DNA from: Peribolospora baueri
Taxonomy: Eukaryota
Reading direction: 5' to 3'
DNA length: 64,000 bases
Assembly: GCA_029717555.1 (NCBI GenBank)
Contig: JAMDHS010000001.1
Coordinates: 434,001-498,000, forward strand
In this document: positions 36,901 to 47,945 of the stretch, piece after piece
Layout of the letters: every line of letters begins with the position of its first letter
How positions within the stretch are numbered: position 1 is the first letter of the stretch
Position numbers and translations under genes: made by a program
Notes under the pieces: generated by a model
Told to the model about the DNA's origin: nothing
What the model saw: the letters and a program-made list of their open reading frames with translations, nothing else
Database searches by the model: none

Positions 36901-37202
36901 GCCTGCGCTCCGTCCTCAACGACGTCAACGCCCACGTACGCTCCGAACTCGGGCCGATCGCCCAACTCTCCGGCCTCGTCGCTTCGCCCAAGATCCCCAA
37001 GACGCGGTCCGGCAAGCGCCTCCTGCGCACCGTGCGCGCCATCGTCGAGCTCGCCGCGGCGGGTCGGTTCGAGGACGGCGAGGTGCCGGTGCCTCCGACG
37101 GTGGAGGACGCGAGCATTGTGCCGCTCGTCAGGACGGCGGTCAACGAGCATTTCGGCGGCAGTGGCGCTGTCGGCGGTGGCGAGACCAAGGCGAGGCTGT
37201 GA
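33974..37202 (+). CDS. Short-chain acyl-CoA synthetase (propionyl-CoA synthetase/ACSS3-like) with PTS1 (multi-exon)
   Basis: [65 protein letters not shown]; ends ..TKARL-stop. Confidence 0.92.
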
Positions 37203-37814
37203 ATTTTTCGTGCGCTCACTTCACTGACAAACGAGCCGCGGTGTGTACGTTCGCACATACGTATATGTACGCGAGGAACGAAAGGAGGACAAAGGACGAG
37301 GGCCGCTTGTCGTCGCATCGCTACTTGAACGCGAAAAGGAAGGTGGGGAAAAGTACAAAGTTCGGACGTGCTCCTCACGCGACGCGAACAACCAGACAAC
37401 GATAGAACCAAGAGGACGAGATGAGACGAGACGAGACGAGACGAGAAGGGAGACCGAGCGTCCGTCTAAAGTCTAGGGAAGAGCGAGGGGAACGGTGATA
37501 CGTCGAGTGGGGGGTGGGTGGATGGATGGAGGGAGGGAGGGAGGGATGGGAAATAAAGAGCGGGAGAGGTTGCACTGCGGGGAACGACACACGAAAAGAG
37601 GAACGAGGGACGGAGAGGCGGGGAGGTGGAGGGAGTGAAGGAATGTGAAAAAGAAAAGAAAGAGATTGACCGTGACGGAAGGAGCGAAGATCAAGATCCC
37701 AAGCGCGTCGTCCACAAAGGGGCAGGCAAATAATAGAGAGCCCGTCCGTTCGTCCGTTTCCGACAGGCGTCCTACCAGCCTCAAAGCCAACGCGGGGCCT
37801 CCTTCCGATGCCCG

Positions 37815-40800
37815 CTACCGCTCCCAATCCACCCTCCCCCCGCACGCGCCTCCCTCCCGTCCCTCATCGCTCAGGCTGACGTCCATGAGCGCCTGCGCGG
37901 CGCCACGGAGGGTCTGCCGAGTCTGCTCGTCCATACCCGCGGCGGCATCAGGATCAGGAGCAGGAGGGTTCGGGGCGAGTCTTTGCACCACTCGCGCGCC
38001 TCCTTCGCCCACCGCCGTCGTCGAGCTCTCCAGCTCACCATACGTCGGCAAGCCGTCATAAGCGGACAGGGGAACGACACCTCCGCCGAGGAACCCGCGG
38101 GCTGCGATGTCGTACGAGGGTACCTGGCTCAGAGGGTCTTCGAACAGTCTCGTGTCGGTTGCGGTCGGCTGCGGCGGCGGTGACGTCTGGTGGTGGTGGT
38201 GGTGGTGGTGGTGGTGCGACGGCGATGGCTGTTCCGATGTGCGGCCGGAGGACGAGGCGGCGTCGGGAGGCGGCGTCAAACCTGCGGAGTGCGGGGCCGA
38301 GTGGGAGCCGGCGGCGACGACGGCGGCGGTGCCGCCCTGGTCTCGCAAGTTGACCATCGAGCTACGCCGACTAGCAGAAGGCGAGGAGCCAGCGGTGGTC
38401 GGTTCGCTCGCATCGCCATGCCGATAATGCTTTTCCTTCTTCTTGTGCGACGACGAAGACCCGGTCCAGCTGGTCAGAGGACGGATGGAGGAGGGAAGGT
38501 GGAACTTGGAGACGCCGCCAGTCATGCGATGCAAGGAGGAGGAGGAGGAGTTGCGGTGGTGCATTTCCGGCCTCTCACCGCCGCCTCCACCTCCACCGCT
38601 GCCGCCTGCGTAGGCATCTGTCGGGCTCGTCGGAACCCACGCGGAGCCGTGGTGGTGGCGGCTTGAAGAAGAGGGCGCGTGGGCGTGGGCGGTCTCTCCG
38701 AACGAGGGGCTCGAAGGCCGACTGCTGGTAGGTCTGCTCGAGTTGCGGCTCGACGGCCGACTGTTGGGCCGGCTACTATCGCGCGATCCAGGCTGCGAGG
38801 CGCTGGACGCGTGCTCGCTCGTCGTCGTCTGCAACGACGAGGAGGGGGGCATGCGTCCGAGCGAGGCGAGTAGCTCCGAGTCCTGGCTCCAATGCGACGA
38901 CGACGGCGTGGGCTGGACGACGTTTGGTCCGAACGACATGCTCATCCGGCCGTTTCTCGGTGACGACGCGCCTGAGCCGGGCGCGGAAGACCAAGCTTCG
39001 ACGGGGGTGGGGAAGTAGGAGTCTTGACCGACAGAAGAAGCGCCGAGGCGGGGGGAGGAGGGCCTGCTGGGGTGAGGGGTAGCGAACGGAGTCCAAGGCG
39101 CTGGGACGAAGCGGTGCTGCTGCGTCTGCGGGCCGGCGCCGCCGCCGCCGCCGGTGAAGGAGAACGCGAGGGGCGGGGCGTCGCCACGGAGCGCGGCCAG
39201 TTCGGCGTTGGCAACACGATCGTAGACGTGGTCCGAGTAGCTGGGCAGATCGGCCTGAAGCACGCTAATCTCCTCGTTGCCGTCCGTCAAGCCAAAGAGC
39301 AAATTGCGCGCGGCTTGGGACGCGACGCGAGCTTCTTCCAACAAGGGATAGCAGAGTATGTGGATCGGGAGGGCGCAGCGCAACTCCGAAGTATGGCCGT
39401 CCGGGTTGAGGATCATGCAGGACCACTTGATCTTGTGGGTCACGTTGATCGGGTGGTGCGCGTTGGAGGGAGTGGTGGAGAGAGGGATGGGGATGTCGAT
39501 ACGGGCGTTGATGTCCCCGGACTCGTCCTCGTCCTCCTCGTCGGCGCCCCGAGTGCCGGCGCCGGTCGAAGAGCCTTCGCCGCGGTCAGCGGGGGCAGGG
39601 ACTGGGCCATGAGCGGGCGAAGGGGTGGACGTCGACGACAACAAGTCCGCCGCTGCCGACGCCGAAGTAGGCTCCTCGAAAGGGGGAGAGTGAGAAAGCG
39701 GGGCCAAGCCCATGGTCGGCATCAAGCGAGGGATCGAAGTAGTGGATCGGACTGTCCTGAAGCTGGGCCGGCGCGAACCCGAACCGCTACCGCCGGCGCC
39801 GCCCTGCGAAGGGATCGCCGCGATGGGAGAGACGTCTTGATTTCCGCCGGCCTGGGGTTCCAGCGACGGAGAAGAGGGTGCGGTTCGTGTGCCTCCTCGC
39901 GCTGCGGCGGCCGCGGCGATACGGCTCTTGTTGGCGGCCAGGAGATACGGGTCTGGGGCCTCCTGGACCTCTGTCGTTCCCGCCCTCCTCCTGACCTCGT
40001 GCTTGGTGGAGATGACGAGCCTGCTTTCGGACTTACTGGCGTTCTTGGCGTACAGGACGGTGTACTCTTTGATGTTGGTATGGACGGCGGTTACTTTTAC
40101 GCCCTTGACCAGAGGACTAAACTTGATCGACACGGGCACCTTGTCGCCGGCGGCGTAGGCACGCTGAGGGAGGGTGATGGCGTACATGATCTTGTTCGGC
40201 CACGTGTTCTCGATCTCGAGCGTCTGGGTGAACTCGAGCGAGTCGGGCCTGAAGGACTTGTAGATCTGGACGGCCTTGCGCGCGTGCAGGTTGGCGGCAA
40301 AGGTGCTCCGGACGGCGGTCGCTTTGAGTTTGTAATAGACGAAGGCGGTGCCGGTGGCCGTGCGCATCGAGGGCGGGAGATCGTAGTTGAGGGGAAGGGA
40401 GAAGGGGAAGGAGTGGACGCCGGCCTTGAGGGTGTGGAAGCTCTTTTTGCCCGAGGCGGTCTCGAGGAAGGACCAGGTGTGGCTGATGACGATCTGATCG
40501 TAGTGATGATTCCGGGCGGCCGTGCTGCGAGAAGGAAATAAAAAAATGAGGCGGGTATCCATATAGCGCACCGTCGCGCCGTCGCCGCGCGCACTACTCA
40601 CCCATGTCCTTCGGCCCAGTTCAACTTTGCCTTTCCGACGAATTGGAGCTCGACGTCCTTGATGCTCGTCGCCTCGGGTAGGCTCAGCACGACGTGGCCG
40701 GAGAGCGTCGCCGGCTCAGTCTCGCTTTCGGCGGCGGTGGAGGCCCTCATGATGATGGTCTCTGACGTCGGGTGGATCTCGAGCGAGGCGTGGGCGGGCA

Positions 40801-40876
40801 GCGAGGCGGCGGACAGCGCGGAGGGAGGAGGGATGGGGGTGGTGGCGGTGGCGGTGGACGGCGCGGGCGTGGCCAT
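37815..40876 (-). CDS. Alpha-arrestin (Rod1/CreD-like Rsp5 adaptor)
   Basis: Exons 40602-40876 and 37815-40524. Motifs LSGHVVLSLPEATSIK, GVHSFPF, LEIENTWPNKIMY, NPDGHTSELRCALPI; PY-like motifs LPSY, VPSY, LPTY. Confidence 0.92.
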
Positions 40877-42550
40877 GTTGGAAGACTGGCCGTCGCCGCT
40901 CTGCAAAGCCCTTGGCAAGATGCGGCCCCGTCGCTGTCGGCCCGCTCCTTCGGTCCGCGATCACGCTCGGCGGTGGCGGCGGGGTTCGGGGAGGACGGAG
41001 AGGGGGGTAATTGGAGGTGGAAGGAGAAGAGAGAGAGGAGGGAAATGAAGAGGGCGGCGAAGCGAGATGAAGCGAGATGGACGGTGGTGGTGTGGGCGGT
41101 GGTGGTGAGCAGCTGAGATGGTGAGAACGGAAGATCTGTTTGCCGCGGTTGGTCCGACCTTCCGTTTTCAGTTTCCCGTTTTCAGTTTCCCGTTTCCCGT
41201 TCCTGCGAGCCACCGGCGGCAAGAGATGAGACGGATTCGCTCCGACTGTGATCGGTCAGTCAGCTCGAGCTAAGCAAGCAAAGCTTGGCTATCTTTGCTT
41301 TCTGCCGCCGTCGGCAGCCCGATAAGAGAGGAGCGTCGATCGATGCGTCCAGGAAGAGCATGTGCGGGTCTGGTTGGTTGGCTGGGGACGTCGAGCGGTA
41401 TCCACGTTGGTTAGGCGTGCGCACAATCGATCGTCGATGGGTTGGATGGGCGAGATGAGGACGACCAGTCAGTGGGGCGAAGGAAGGCGACGGAGATGGC
41501 GACAGATGCATCCATCATCCATCCATCCATCGTCGCCCATCATCCGACTTGGCCATCGATGATCGCAGACGCAATCGCAGACGCAGACGCAGACGCAGCT
41601 TCGGCATCAAAGCTTGGACCGATTCGACTCTCCGACGACAGCAACCCAGCAGAAATCGTCCGCTGTCCGGCTGCGGGCGGCGCACGGCAGAAATTGTGCG
41701 CTTTGTCCGCCGAGGCCGAGCTGACGAAAAAAAAAAAAAAAAAACATGGAAAAATGGAACGAAAGGAACGCTTTCGATCGTGCGCTCAGAACAACCAACC
41801 GCTCGGAACGACGACGAGGAAGCACGTCGCCGCTCGCTAGTCCAATCCCGTCCGTCTCCTCTCGCTTCCTCGCTGGCATCACCCCATCGACCGACGCCGC
41901 GGCGACAAGCCAGTGCCGCTGTTCGGCCTCTTCCGATATCGTACTCGTTTTTGTGGTTCCTCGGATCTGATCAGCCACGTCTCTATTCTTGCCATCCAAG
42001 ATCTTTCTTTTGCACGTTCGCACGTGGGTTTGCAGTACGATCGATTACATGGATGAAGAAAAAGGGAAAAGCGATCATGTTCAACGACACGAAGAGAATA
42101 ACAGGCTCGCTCGGTGTAAAGCCTATCTATATGTAGTGGAACGACGTTTGAAACCGAAGAAGAGAGGAAGCGAACCGATTGGCTTTTACCCCGTGTCGAG
42201 TGCCTGCCCAAGTACACGCACGGTCCGAGAGCTGGCAGGTGTCTCAGGATAACGCAGCTGACAGCGAGCGGTGTTCCACTCGGAACGACGAGGACGAGGC
42301 CATGTCGCCTCTGTTCGGACTCATTGGTCATGCGGAGACAGCCCCGCTTCTAGATATGGATGAAGGAAACGAAACGACTTAACGCTCGATCAAAACCAAT
42401 TACGACGAGAAGAACAGACGCTCGGAACGGCGAGACCACGTCGCCGCGAATCCCGTACCCGCATCACCGATCGCCGACGCTGGGACGCTGTCGATGACAA
42501 GCAAAAACATCCGCTCACCCTCGACGAAAAAAAATATCAGCCCATGCCGC

Positions 42551-42556
42551 AAAAAA
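42551..42556 (-). terminator. RNA polymerase III T6 terminator of tRNA-Phe
   Basis: Six T residues on the minus strand directly after the discriminator base. Confidence 0.85.
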
Positions 42557-42643
42557 TGGGACCACCCGGGTTCGAACCAGGGACCTCACGATATCGGACC
42601 GCTTTTCTTCAGTCGTGCGCTCTCCCAACTGAGCTATAGTCCC
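42557..42643 (-). tRNA. tRNA-Phe(GAA) with 14-nt intron (42593-42606)
   Basis: GGGACTATAGCTCAGTTGGGAGAGCG-CACGA-CTGAAG-[AAAAGCGGTCCGAT]-A-TCGTG-AGGTC-CCTGGTTCGAACCCGGG-TGGTCCC-A: full cloverleaf, 73 nt after splicing. Confidence 0.96.
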
Positions 42644-42746
42644 ACGAATTATTTTTCATATTTGTGAGTGCAGTGATAGGTGGCAGAGCGACTGCAGTTG
42701 GCGGCGTTGTAGTACTCCTTCACGCGAAATTTTGTAACGTTCACGG

Positions 42747-42840
42747 TTTGTAGTGAACATTGAGATAGTCGTTTCCACGAGTCTCGTAAACGCTAACGCT
42801 TTGTAGTGAACATGTTTTCGTCGCCCTTTGTAGTAAACAT
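42747..42840. repeat. Three 14-bp direct repeats TTTGTAGT(G/A)AACAT
   Basis: Copies at 42747-42760, 42800-42813 and 42827-42840. Confidence 0.9.
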
Positions 42841-43599
42841 TGACGTCGGGTGCTTCTTCACGTGGGAAATGCTATATTTTCCCCGATTGTTCCACAAGAA
42901 ACATGGTATTCCTACGCACATCTGGGCAAACCTGCGACGAGGAGCCTACCTATGACACGCGCACCAACCGCCGGAGGGCAGAGCGAGAGCGAGAGACATG
43001 ACATGAGATGCTCCTGATACGCCCCTCAGGGACGCGACAAGACTCAACCTTCAGAGAGAGGCTCTTGACAGCGGCTTCTTCTGAAGGTCATGGAGGCCAA
43101 AGCTTGAATGGTCGAACGACTTATTATACTCACTTCTACTCAGTTCACATCGCGAGACCTCACATTAGACGACGCGACCGACGCTCTATAGACGCCGCAC
43201 TAGACCAAAATGGACCTCTTCTTCCATTCGCCCGTTGCTCCGCAGTCTCTTACCCTCGACCCTGGACTCGCCCCACCTCTGTCGTGGAAGTGATGGAGAC
43301 AGAGAAGAGAGTAACGAGACGAAGAGATCTGGACCGATTGGTTTGGTTGTAGTAAGGTCAAGGTGATCCTCCAGGGATGCTCTGAGTCCCTGTGTACTCG
43401 TCATAACCATGTTCAAGAAGAAGCGTGCGCAGAAAAGAATTGTCGAAGATCGGTTTGTTTACGCTGCTCGTTGACATGTTATTTGAAAGTGCGACTGAGT
43501 TGAGTGACACACTACTGCATCTTGAGCCACTTCTCTGTGCGTGGCTTCGTGAAAATTGCTTCGTGGATGTAGCGCAGCTGGCGTACGATGTTTTCCGAT

Positions 43600-43950
43600 T
43601 TATGGTGTTCTTCTTGAAGCAAGACCACATCATCGGGTCAGCAGGCGCTCCCTCCTCAGTGTCGCAACCAGCTCTCTGAAGGTGATGCCGCTTTTTGAAA
43701 GACTCGACCCAGCCATTAGAGCAACATGAGCTACTCCTGGGCAGGGATGTCCAATAAGTCGGATATCTTGCGAGCTTGCGCCTTATTAATCAGCTCCTCG
43801 CTGAAAACTGCACTGTTAGAAAGACCGTCGTTTACCCAGTAGACGAGCGCCGCTTCTAGCTCCGGATGCTTGAGCACGCCTTGGCGCTTACGCTGTCCAT
43901 CACCGGCGTTGACTTTGATCGCGCCGTATTTGGTATGTTTCCATCGCAGG
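43600..43950 (-). mobile_element. Degenerate pogo/Tc5-type transposase CENP-B-like HTH fragment
   Basis: RKRQGVLKHPELEAALVYWV..FSEELINKAQARKISDLL, then a TAG (43731-43733) and a frameshift into CSNGWVESFKKRH. No DDE domain recognised; boundaries approximate. Confidence 0.75.
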
Positions 43951-44040
43951 TTGGAATCCTGCCTCATTCCGGGCCTGGCGGCGCGCGCGGCCCCTGTCCC
44001 CCGGAGGCCGTAGGACGCAGGTGACTGGAGAGGGTGCGCA

Positions 44041-44610
44041 CCGGACGCCATCTACCAGACGAACTCTCTCGACGACTTCATTGCGCGAATCTACCCGACC
44101 GATCGGCTCCGCCACGCCCATCTCCATCCTGATTTCTTCCAGGGACGCGCCATCCTGATCCCCTGAAATCGCCAGGTGGATGATCTGAATGCCGACCTGC
44201 TGCAGCATATGGACGGCCTAACCCTGTCATTCGACTCGCATGATTCGGCTGAGCTGAATTCGAACGCGGCCGGTCGAGTCGAGTTGACCGCCGAATTCCT
44301 CGCCAGCATGAAGGTGCCGAGCCTGCCGCTGGCCCATCTGGAGCTCCGCATGGGCGCCCCGGTCATCCTGATGCGAAATCTCGATCCGAATCAGGGCCTC
44401 TGCAATGGCACCCGCATAACGGTCGTACGCACCGCCCGCCACTGCATCGAGGTGCGCCTGAACGGCGGCGAATTCGACGGCCAGCATCGTCTAATCTATC
44501 GATGCAAGCTCTCGGCCACTGACGGGCTGTTCTTCGAGTTAACCCGGCTCCAATTTCCCCTACGATTAGCATTCGCTATGACCATCAACAAATCGCAGGG
44601 CCAGTCGTTC
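44041..44610 (+). mobile_element. Helitron-type PIF1 helicase C-terminal fragment (pseudogene)
   Basis: FFQGRAILIP*NRQVDDLN, HLELRMGAPVILMRNLDPNQGLCNGTR, RLQFPLRLAFAMTINKSQGQSF, then abrupt truncation. In-frame TGA at 44164-44166. Confidence 0.88.
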
Positions 44611-46612
44611 CGCCACGGAAGCCGGTCCCCCAATGCCGCCGGGTGGCCCCACCTCGCCCGCTGCGCCTTGTGGTCTCGGTAGGCTTCCGCCTGCCGGACC
44701 CGCGCTACAGAGTACGGCTCTCCGTAGGCGCGTGGCTTAAGGAGAGCTTTCGCCTTTATGTCCGCGTCAGCGTCCGAGTCGACGCCGGCACGAAGCAGGA
44801 TCGGCGCAAGTGCTGAAGCCAACTCGTGGTGTGGGCGGCGGGGACGGAGGCGGCCTCCGCTTCCATGTCGTCATCCGCCTCCTCGTCTGGTACGGTCCGA
44901 TGGGCTTGACGAAGCGTGCTGACGGCCTTGATCGTCCTCCCAAGTCGGTCCTTGACGTCGGCGACCGCGGTCGCGAACGATCCGCTGATTCTCTCCTCGA
45001 CCTCCGTCTTCACTTCCAACAGCTGCCGTTCCGTCTCTTCTGCGGAGCCGGTCGACTTCCAGGCCCCAGCGGCGATGCGCTCCTCGATCGAGCGGTCCAC
45101 CCGGGCGGCCACGGCCCGGCCCAAGAGAGCCAAGTCGTATAATCCCGGCGCAAATGTCGGGTTGTACGCCAGCTCTCCCGGATGGCGTTGGACGGAGAGG
45201 AGAACGAGGTCGGTCGGTCGAGGACCGACGCGGGCGATGAGAGGCCGGCAAGCGAGGTCCAGGTAGACTTCTGGGTCGAGCCGGCGGTTGAATCCGGAAT
45301 GGTCCCTATCCGTGCGGCTCGGATCCAGGGCCAGAGAGGCGACCAAGAAGTCGACAATACCTCTGATCTCCCTTTCTAGCCTCATCGCGGGCCCTGCCTC
45401 TGGCGCCCACCTCCATCCTATGCGACCTTCTACCTCCTCCTCAGTCGTCGCCTTCATTAGGGTCAAGCGGACGACCCTATCTCCGCGCTTGCGAAGAGCC
45501 TTCGCGGCCGCCTTGAACCGTCCCCACCGGGGCCCGGTCCCACCGCCATCTCCTGGCGGACGCCCTCCAGCATGCGATCGAGCTCCTCTTCTAGCTCTTC
45601 GTCGCGTTCGGTCGGCAACTCGATCTTGGGGTATCGAGTGAGAATGTCGCGAACGAGCCGCATGAGGTGGGCGTCCGGCTCTATAGCGTGGTCGAACCCG
45701 CCTGGAGAAGAGTTCAGGGAAGAACGGGCGCTGATGGCGATCAAGAGGCGCTCCGTCTGAGAGATGAGCGCCTCTTGGCGGGGCGGCCAGCGAGCCGGTA
45801 ATGTCGACAGCCAGTCCCGGAAGGTGAAAGACGGACCACTGGGCTGCGGTCGACGTCGACTTTTGGAAATTGCGCAACCTGGCATACTCGCCGTCGACGT
45901 CGTGCTCGATTCGGCCTTGAGGGCTGCTCGCTATCGTGTAGCCCCAGTAAAAGAGCGACGCGGGCGACGGCTCGGCGGGCGGTACGTCGCACTTGAGGCG
46001 TGGAACCCCGTGGGCGTCCTGTGCCAACTGGATGGACGCCTCTGAGCCAAGCCGATACGTCCTCACGACGTCCCGCAGCGTCGCAACTGCCTAAGCCGTA
46101 TCTCCGGGGTAGTCTCGTTGATACCTGAGGAGGCCTTGCATGAGAGCGGCAGGCGAGTCAAAGGCGCATTGACGCAAGTAAAAGATCGCCTTTTGGGCAT
46201 TGGGCTTGAGGTCCTTTGCTCTGTGACAGGCATCAAGGGACGACGGGTCGAGGTCAAACGGCGATGTGACCAAGGCGAGGCTGAGGCGGCTGATGCCGTG
46301 GTCGACCTTGGTCCAGATGCCATCGGCGGCGTCAAAGGGGCGCTGCTGGCGGTGAGAGCGGACCTTGTTGATTGCTTCCTTGAGGCCGTCGCTAGGCCCT
46401 TGCCAGACGGCGGCTTCCTGCCGTCGAAGGCCCACCTCGTCGACGAGCTTGCACATGGCTATATTCGCATCGTCGAGGTTCTTCCGAGCCTTCTTCCGAG
46501 CCTCGTCTCGACGGAGCTCCTTGGCCTCGGTTGGGGAAGTGGGATCGGCGCGACGGGCTCGACGACGGGCATTCGAGGGGAGGTCGGACAACGAAGCGGT
46601 GAGTCGCGGCAT
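44611..46612 (-). pseudogene. Decayed intronless ORF of unknown family (about 650 codons)
   Basis: ORFs 46091-46612 and 44756-46066 share a frame and are split by one TAG. Protein-like sequence appears to switch to the 45463-45885 and 44496-44822 frames, implying frameshifts. Confidence 0.55.
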
Positions 46613-47945
46613 AAAGCAGGGCCGTCCTTATGTGCTTCAGGCTCCCACCTTGCGCTTTCCGTTACCTACGGCGACTTCTTTTCCCTTGTTCATGGCTGCT
46701 TAAGCACGCTCGTTCGGTGATTTTGGTTTTCTGGGTAATCGAATCAGCGTCCATGCGCCTGCCGATGGAAGCAGGAGGGCGAGCGAAGGAGCGCGCTTAC
46801 TTGAAGTCTGGTCGGGAACAAGGCGTCGCGACCACAACTGTTGGCGGCGAGGATGGGGTTGGACGAAGACGGGGGACACCTACTGGAACGGTGAAACGAC
46901 GAGGCGACGAGGGGACAGGAGGACACGAGGAGACGAGACGAGGAGATGAGGGAACGAGACGAGGAGACGAGGAGGTGACGAAGGGACGAGGAGGGGACGT
47001 CGGCGAGATTAAATATAAGGGAAGTCAGGCCGACGGAGATGAGGGAGAAAGGGGGGGACGACAGGGACGAACGAGTGGGCGACGACCGGTTGGCGTCCCC
47101 CCTTCCCACTTTCCCACCTTCCCCTGGCGAGCTGCCGACCCCTGGACGCGCATACACCACGTCGACGCATTCATACTCGCTTCCTAGTCGGTGGACATGG
47201 CTCTGCCCTGGGGTATTTGCCGACGGTGTGTGGTGTCCCACCAGGTTAGTCCTCCCATTGCCGACAGACCGGGAAATCAGAGCGTGGACCGCCGTTTGCA
47301 ACGAACCTCTCGATAAAGGGTTATTCGTCCTCCTACCATCGTCCGATGGCGGCCGCGAGCGAAGCGAACAGAAGGGAGCGGGGCGGCGTGAGTGCGTGAG
47401 GAGAGAGGAAAAGAGAAAGGGAGGGAGAGAGAAGAAAAGGGGCGACCAAGAAGGTAAAAAAAAGTGCAAACGGTATGGTACGACGATCGCTGACCTGAAC
47501 CCCGACACCAAAAGACATGTTAGGAGACGGGAGGCCGGCTTGCACGCCGTATGCTCTCTCTGTCGCGAGCTAGCTAGCTTGGTCCCTTTGGGTCCAAGCT
47601 GGCCCTCTCTCTCACTGCGGGCGGGGCTTTGAAGAGATCGGTCCACAATCCATCCGTCGTGAGCTCCCCGTCGCCCTCCCCGTCGCCCCCGACCTCCCCG
47701 TCCCTCTCGCTCCCCGTCGGCCAGCTGGCTAGCCCAGCCTAGCGGCAGGTTTCCCGCCGAACTCGAACTCGAACTCGATCTTCTCATCCCGGCCCCGGCA
47801 AAGGAAAGGAAAGGAAAGGAAAGAAATGTGCTGCGTCTGGCAGCATGGATTTCGTTCCGATGACGGCGACGACGACGACGACGGCGACGGGTATTCGTAC
47901 AGTGCAGGCAGGCGCGTTCGAAACGTGTGTGTGGCCTCGCGCGGG

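Noticed and set aside
39024..40541. 505-aa plus-strand ORF
   Set aside because: Antisense to the arrestin exon; an artefact of GC-rich codon usage.
42747..42840. CRISPR-like array
   Set aside because: Eukaryotic context, repeats only 14 bp, unequal spacers (39 and 13 nt), and no cas genes.
47150..47190. CTAG-T as a Helitron 3' end
   Set aside because: No convincing subterminal GC-rich hairpin upstream.
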